IMG/VR virus record: IMGVR_UViG_3300050821_003860
Span: 4,023 to 68,022 of that record
DNA length: 64,000 nucleotides
Source of the DNA: a virus
Direction: 5' to 3' (one strand)
The notes under the pieces were generated by a model. That model was not told where the DNA came from, did no database searches, and saw only the letters and a program-made list of their open reading frames with translations. Below, piece after piece: positions 58,610-64,000 of the stretch (positions are counted from its first letter, which is position 1; each line of letters starts with the position of its first letter). Position numbers and translations under genes: made by a program.

Positions 58610-59382
58610 TTCTTTACTCCTCCCTTCATCAGCAGCTTGTAGATGCGGCCGAGTTCCTTGGTGGCCCGCTGGTACTCGGATGCCGGACAGTCTTCTACTC
58701 GGGACAGACCGGGTTGAATCCAGTCCAAGAAATCACCCATCTTGAATGGTTCCTGCCCGGTGCGACCGTAGACGTCGTTGATGTCGTTGATGTAATTCTT
58801 GATCGTGGTGATTTGCTCGGCATCGACGGATCGGAGGACCGTGGCCGCGTCGGTATCCTCATCGCAGACCACGATGCCTAATGCATCGGTGAAGGCGTAC
58901 CGCTTCATGTACTGCCTCCAGACACCTACTGCTTGAGCCTCATTACAGTAGGTCGCTTTCGCCAGCTCCAGGATATTAGGAGCCTTGCAGGCGAAGGGCC
59001 GGTCTTCGGCGTGCGAGCCTACCCGCAGATGGCAGACGATCACAAACTGACCCTCTGCGGTCGGAGGGCAGGAGAAGCTGTGAGCGATCTTCCTTTCCGT
59101 GAGCAGCGGCCCGACGACCGCCAAGATGTCCTCGTAAGAGGCGAACTTATACTTTGTCGGAGCGGGGCCATTCCCTTGGCTCTTGCCCTTGACCTCGCGT
59201 GTCTTCTGGATCATCGGGCAGACTGCTTGGAAGCTGGCTATCGCATCTGCGAAGCCCTCAGCGGCGATGCGGGCGGTCCAGCGGGCTTCCATCTCGAATA
59301 GCTCGCCGGGCGGGATACCCTTCTCCAGAGCGAGCTGGATGAGATAGTTTGGGTCACGTTGTACGAGTGCTGTCTCGCTCAT
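58606..59382 (-). CDS. ERF-family single-strand annealing protein
   Basis: YKFASYEDI, QAVG...YMKRYA...GIVVCDEDTDA; adjacent to YqaJ. Confidence 0.8.
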   Translation of the reverse strand: MSETALVQRDPNYLIQLALEKGIPPGELFEMEARWTARIAAEGFADAIASFQAVCPMIQKTREVKGKSQGNGPAPTKYKFASYEDILAVVGPLLTERKIAHSFSCPPTAEGQFVIVCHLRVGSHAEDRPFACKAPNILELAKATYCNEAQAVGVWRQYMKRYAFTDALGIVVCDEDTDAATVLRSVDAEQITTIKNYINDINDVYGRTGQEPFKMGDFLDWIQPGLSRVEDCPASEYQRATKELGRIYKLLMKGGVKK

Positions 59383-62300
59383 GGATTCACTGGCCTTTCT
59401 TCGGGCGTGTGGATGCTCTCGGCTATGCCTAGGCTGTGCCATCTGTCCAAGTCTTTTACAACGATCATCGTTCTCTCAAAAGCTTGGCAGCGTTCGACCA
59501 GCTTCGGAGAGGTATGGTGTGGTTCATCAGGATATGCTTCGTATCTGACGGTTCCGCAGCGCGGACACCAAAACCAGCCGCTGCATAATCCTTCCATCGT
59601 GTGACCGCACGTCAGACAGGCCATCGGTTCAGTCTCCTTCTTTGCTCATTCCAGATTCCGCCGGTACGTGCCCGCAGCAACCTTTCTCCATGCACTTCGG
59701 GCAAAGGTTTTTCGAGCAATTGGCGCAGTAATCAAACAATCCGTACTCCCCAGGGGGAACGGTTGCGCCGCAGCGTTCGCACTTCTGAGCGCTCATGGGC
59801 AGTCCTCCAAAGGTTCTTCTTCACCGGTCAAGTAAAACGCCGCTCTAGTCCACCAGCGGGCTATCCACCGGCTCATCTTCAGGACTCCGTGGGTAAACTG
59901 GCGCTTCACAACACCGACTTCCCTTCGCCAGCCGGCCCTCGACCGGGACGAAGATATGCTCGTTCGTCAACTGGCCGCAGGCGCTGCAGGTTCCTCCGAT
60001 GATCAAGTCAGAGTCCATCGCGGTCACTCCTTAGACTTGTTCAGGGCCGCTAGTTCTTGTTCGCTCAAGCCGCTTAGCTTGCCGATCATGTACCAGTGGG
60101 CTTTCATACGCTTGTTCTGGAGGTCGACCTTGGTATCTAAGCCGCTGACCTTTTCCTCCAGAGACTCCTCAGAGACTTGCCGGGCCTCCAAGCGGCTGAT
60201 TCGCTCGCTCAGGAATTTATTGCATTCGCTTTGCATCACTGTCACGGCCAAGAGTGCTGCTGCCGCGAAGAAACCGGCGAAAGTCCCGAGTCGGTTCATC
60301 GGATCACTTCTCCTGAGAGGGTAAGGGCTGATCAGAACGGCGTGTGGTCATCGCCAGGAGATTCTGGCAGACCGCATCGCAAGCAATTGGGACTGTTCGG
60401 ATCGGTCGCGAACTGGTGAGCCCGCATTCTTGCTGCGACAATGGCGGCATCGGTAGAACCTTCCACGGCCGCAGCAGTCATTCGCAAAGCTTCCTTGCCG
60501 ATTTCGCAGAGGTCATCCTCGTCGCTAAACTGGACGCCCTTGACAGCTGCGGATTCTGCCAGCGTCGGGTGGACGTGTATATCCTTCCCGCACGCGGCGC
60601 AGTCGTCGCCTCTGTCTGCTGGAGCAACGAAGTAGTGATCGACGGGTTTACTGTATTTCTCCAAGCCGTGAGCGATTAACCCGGCTGCCAGCATCCTCCG
60701 CCCCTTGCGGTCCCTGATCTTTTGAGCGAGGTCCAGAATCTTGTGGCCTAAGCGCTCAAGCGTTTCGTCGGTCTGGTAGTGAATCCACAACTCCTGCGGC
60801 TCGCTGATCAGCTTGACAGTGGATTGGTCGCCGTTGACGCTCTCTGGCATCTCAGCGACTTCCACGTCCGGGCATTCTTCGTTCAGCCAGGATTCGATAC
60901 TGCTGGTCGCCATCGGTCACTCCTGAAAGGTCCGCCACCACGAGGCGGCGAAAAGTAGTAGGTCGTGTAAGCGGTACAGAAGCATGGGCCCTCCGTGGCA
61001 AGGGAAAGCGGCTACTGAGCCTGTTGGGTGATAAACTTCAGCTTGCCCACAGCCGTCCGGACTCGCGGATCGTGCTTGATTGGCTTGCTGAGTTTCCTCC
61101 GACCCTTGCGAGGCGTTCCGGGCCTGGACTTGTGGGTCCGATCACGGCTACCGAGTTTGTTCGATGGCGATGGGGCCTGAGTGTGAAGCCGGCCTTCGGG
61201 ATGAATCCCTCTCCCTTGTCGAAAGCCTCGATCTTGTCGCGCATCACTCGCGGCGTGAGGAATCGCTCAACCCGAGTCTCGCCGCTCTCGGTCGGGACTT
61301 CCACGTAAGCCACATCGCGGTAGAACAGAACCTTGTCAGAGCCGACCGATCGCTTGCAAGCCTTGGCCAGAACGCAAGCAGACGCATCGCCGGGCTTGGC
61401 ACCTTTCAAGTCGTTCGGCTGGACGAAGATGCGGAGGTCTTTCACAGCATCGACGACCGGCACTTTACCCCAAAACCGCTTGATCTCCTTGGAGACCTTA
61501 TCTTTCGCTTTCCTGCTCATGTTACTCTCCCATTAGTACACCCACACCGCCATCGCCACCACGGCCAGTGCCGCCGCGACACCGACCAAAATTCCACACA
61601 CAAAACCAGACGCGAATTCGTAGCTGTACTCGTCGTCGTACAATTCCGGCATCCGTGCGTCCTCGCTCGGCTCCGGGCCGAACTCCTCCACGATGCGGCG
61701 TTGCCAGGGAGACATGCGATGATCCATGACTCACCTCAGATTTTGTAGGTAGCTAGCTTCCGGCAACTCTCGTCCTCCAACGTGGCACGGAAGACGCCAG
61801 CTAACAGGCTGCCACCGCCAGCCGGCTTGTTGCGGACGTAGAGGATGCCGCGATCGCAGTCGTATTGACGCGGACCGCTGAGGTAGGTCACGTTGTCGGC
61901 CTTGAGGTCGGCCCGAATCTGCTTCAGAGCTTGTCGTAAGGTCATCATCACTTCCTGCCTTTCGCCTTGAGGAGTTTAGCCCGATGCTTTCGCTGCTTCA
62001 TCCTGTCCACCCGGCTCCGCTCTTTGCGGCTCACGCTGACATTGACTACCCGGTGTCGCAAGTGCGGGTCGGTCGCGTTGCCGAGTTGGCACCAGTGGCG
62101 GGCCTCTGCTTCGGTGTAGATCACGCTGCGGCAAGTTCGGCCGTCACTGGTGGTCCATTCGACGCGGTAGTTTCTGGCCATCCGTGGTCTCCTGAGCGGT
62201 CAAGCGGCTAGTCGTGAGTCACTCGCACAGTTTCGCCACGACTCCGATAGTCTTCGGCGATTCTCTCGGCGCTCTCCTTGTCGGGATATTGGCCTACGAT

Positions 62301-62799
62301 GGTCCACTCTCCGTTTCGGAGAGCTTCAAGGCAGCGGGCGCCAGTTTTTGCAGCCTCTTGGGCGTGGCATTCGTTGTCGCGTTCCACCTTCAGTCTCCTT
62401 AGCTTAGGGCTTGACGACGATTTCGGACTTTTGAAGGCCATACTTAGTTGCGAGTGATTCGCAAGCCAGGTCGAAAGCCTTGGCTACGTCTGCAACGCTC
62501 GGAGATTCGCTGCCAGGGATTTCGACCCACACCTCGCAGGTCAGCGGCTCTCCGCTGATTCCAGCTTCCTTCCACTCAGCGCGAACGTCGTCATCAATCT
62601 GTCGCTCTCGTTCGACTATCTTGACCGACCAGACTTCCCGGCCGCGATTGATACCGCCAACCTGCGGGCGGACGTTGCCAGGACGACCAACAATCGCCCA
62701 CTTATCGGCAAATACGCCGACTGGCGAGTATGAAAAGGTGAAAGTTGCCGAGCGACTCAGCGTTGCGCCCGTTGCGTCCTTGAAAAGATTGCTGGCCAT
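59379..62799 (-). CDS. Run of small early hypothetical ORFs (e.g. 60024-60299, 60332-60913, 61038-61520, 61533-61727, 61736-61951, 61948-62181, 62404-62799)
   Basis: Co-oriented, with GGAG RBS and coupled junctions. Confidence 0.55.
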
Positions 62800-62800
62800 C

Positions 62801-62898
62801 TCTCGTCCACCCTCCCTTGTGCCGGACTGAGCCGGCGGACTCGGATATTTACTCTTCGGTCGTCTGCTGAATCATCCACTCGGCCCCCAGCCCGCCGA
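62801..62898. repeat. Direct repeat copy 1 (98 bp identical to 63903-64000)
   Basis: Direct base-by-base comparison. Confidence 0.92.
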
Positions 62899-62953
62899 GC
62901 AGAGCCACCACTGCGAAAGTCAACCACTTCGCTGCGGTCTTCAGAGTCGCCAT
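62849..62953 (-). CDS. 34-aa single-TM peptide (MATLKTAAKWLTFAVVALLGGLGAEWMIQQTTEE)
   Basis: AGGAG RBS directly after a consensus promoter; below the ORF-track size cut-off. Confidence 0.6.
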   Translation of the reverse strand: MATLKTAAKWLTFAVVALLGGLGAEWMIQQTTEE

Positions 62954-62991
62954 TGTCGTCTCCTGTTCGTTTCGTTCATCCTTACACAAGT

Positions 62992-63020
62992 AATATACCG
63001 GGACATTTCCACCATGTCAA
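62992..63020 (-). promoter_or_regulatory. Strong sigma70 early promoter TTGACA-N17-TATATT
   Basis: -35 at 63015-63020, -10 at 62992-62997. Confidence 0.85.
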
Positions 63021-63052
63021 GCGGCGTTGCAGAAAAATCCCGGAATTATTTT

Positions 63053-63081
63053 TTGCCCGATGCAAGGGAGGGTGATAGAAT
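63053..63081 (+). promoter_or_regulatory. Divergent promoter TTGCCC-N17-TAGAAT with TGn extension
   Basis: Read directly; points antisense to 63156-63903. Confidence 0.55.
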
Positions 63082-63155
63082 GCTACGGGAGGACGTCAAT
63101 GAGAGTCGGCTGAGATGGCATGTCGGGTCTCGCAAGAGGAGCAGCACCGGGGTAC

Positions 63156-63903
63156 TCACTCCAGACCCCACCCGTAGTATCTGCCAGTCTGGCGCGACCA
63201 CTGGTAGTCTCCGCACCCGGGCACGATCACTACGTCTCGCCACTCGCCGCCGGTCCCATCACTTTCGCCCGACGAGACCTCCGCGTGTATCGCCGTGGCG
63301 AATTCCGCCGCCGTCATCGTCTGCGCCTGTTCGTGCAGCAATTCCGCACGTGAGAAACCGCGCCCAACCAATTGTTCAATTGTCGCCATCATCATCGGTC
63401 TCCTTTGGTGGGCGGATCGTCAAAATCGTAAGGGCGACTACACGGCTTGGCCCGGAAAATCTCTGCTAGTATTTCCGCGGCGAGTTTTCGATTCCCTTCG
63501 AGCATCGCCAAAAGCGCGTCGAATCGTTCGAGAGCCTGCAGCCCATCGAAACCGTTGAATCGCAGCCAATGGCTGGCCGTCTCTTGCTCCAATCCGGTCC
63601 TGGCCATGAGGGTTGCTCGCCTCTGTCTGGCCCTCTCGCGGCGGAATTTGTTTTTGTTCGCCATCGAAAAAGCCCTTATGCAGAAACTCCGGATTGGTGG
63701 ATTATTTTGCCGTGGTGCCGGACGCGGGCAGCGCGGTAATGGTGACCCGTCAAAGACGAGCACGCTTTTTTCGCTTCGGCGCGATCATTGAAGCGAATAT
63801 GATCGCGCCACGCGAATGGCGGGAATCCGCCGAAAGAGCCGCACACCTCGATGATATATGCTCCGCCCACGTCGCCGCTGTAAGGATTGGCCTTAGTCGT
63901 CAT
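63156..63903 (-). CDS. Three small ORFs between the direct repeats (63156-63395, 63392-63664, 63676-63903)
   Basis: ORF track; the first ATG sits at the repeat boundary. Confidence 0.55.
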
Positions 63904-64000
63904 CTCGTCCACCCTCCCTTGTGCCGGACTGAGCCGGCGGACTCGGATATTTACTCTTCGGTCGTCTGCTGAATCATCCACTCGGCCCCCAGCCCGCCGA
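63903..64000. repeat. Direct repeat copy 2 (runs off window end)
   Basis: Direct comparison with 62801-62898. Confidence 0.92.

Overview
This window is about 64 kb of a GC-rich tailed-phage (siphovirus-like) genome or prophage, cut at both ends. The + strand (1-45.7 kb) carries the terminase large subunit C-terminus, about 5.7 kb of small ORFs, a lambda-type portal with a long extension, protease/scaffold, head decoration protein, major capsid, connectors, tail tube, chaperones, a short tape measure and tail proteins. It continues with glycan-modifying genes (two glycosyltransferase genes, methyltransferases, an AlgX/AlgJ-like lipoprotein, a 2OG-Fe(II) oxygenase), a holin-like/PAS/S53-protease block and two secreted CxxCH proteins. 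The - strand (45.8-64 kb) carries early/replication genes: C5 DNA methyltransferase, VRR-NUC, SF2 helicase, ParB-like HTH protein, YqaJ, ERF-like and many small ORFs. A Planctomycetota host is only an inference from the cargo proteins. I saw no integrase, DNA polymerase, muralytic endolysin, tRNA, CRISPR array or reverse transcriptase. Main leads: (1) at least 19 dispersed GGTGT-N10/11-ACACC palindromes plus 6 GTGCAAAATTGCAC palindromes, one copy lying inside the ParB-like gene just after its HTH; (2) C-terminal poly-Thr tails on two virion proteins plus phage glycosylation enzymes, suggesting a mucin-like glycosylated virion; (3) a possible lysis module with a FixL-type heme-PAS protein and a sedolisin; (4) two 450-550 nt structured intergenic regions; (5) a methyltransferase with motif IX in a nested frame. 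All family calls come from motif recognition by eye, not database searches.
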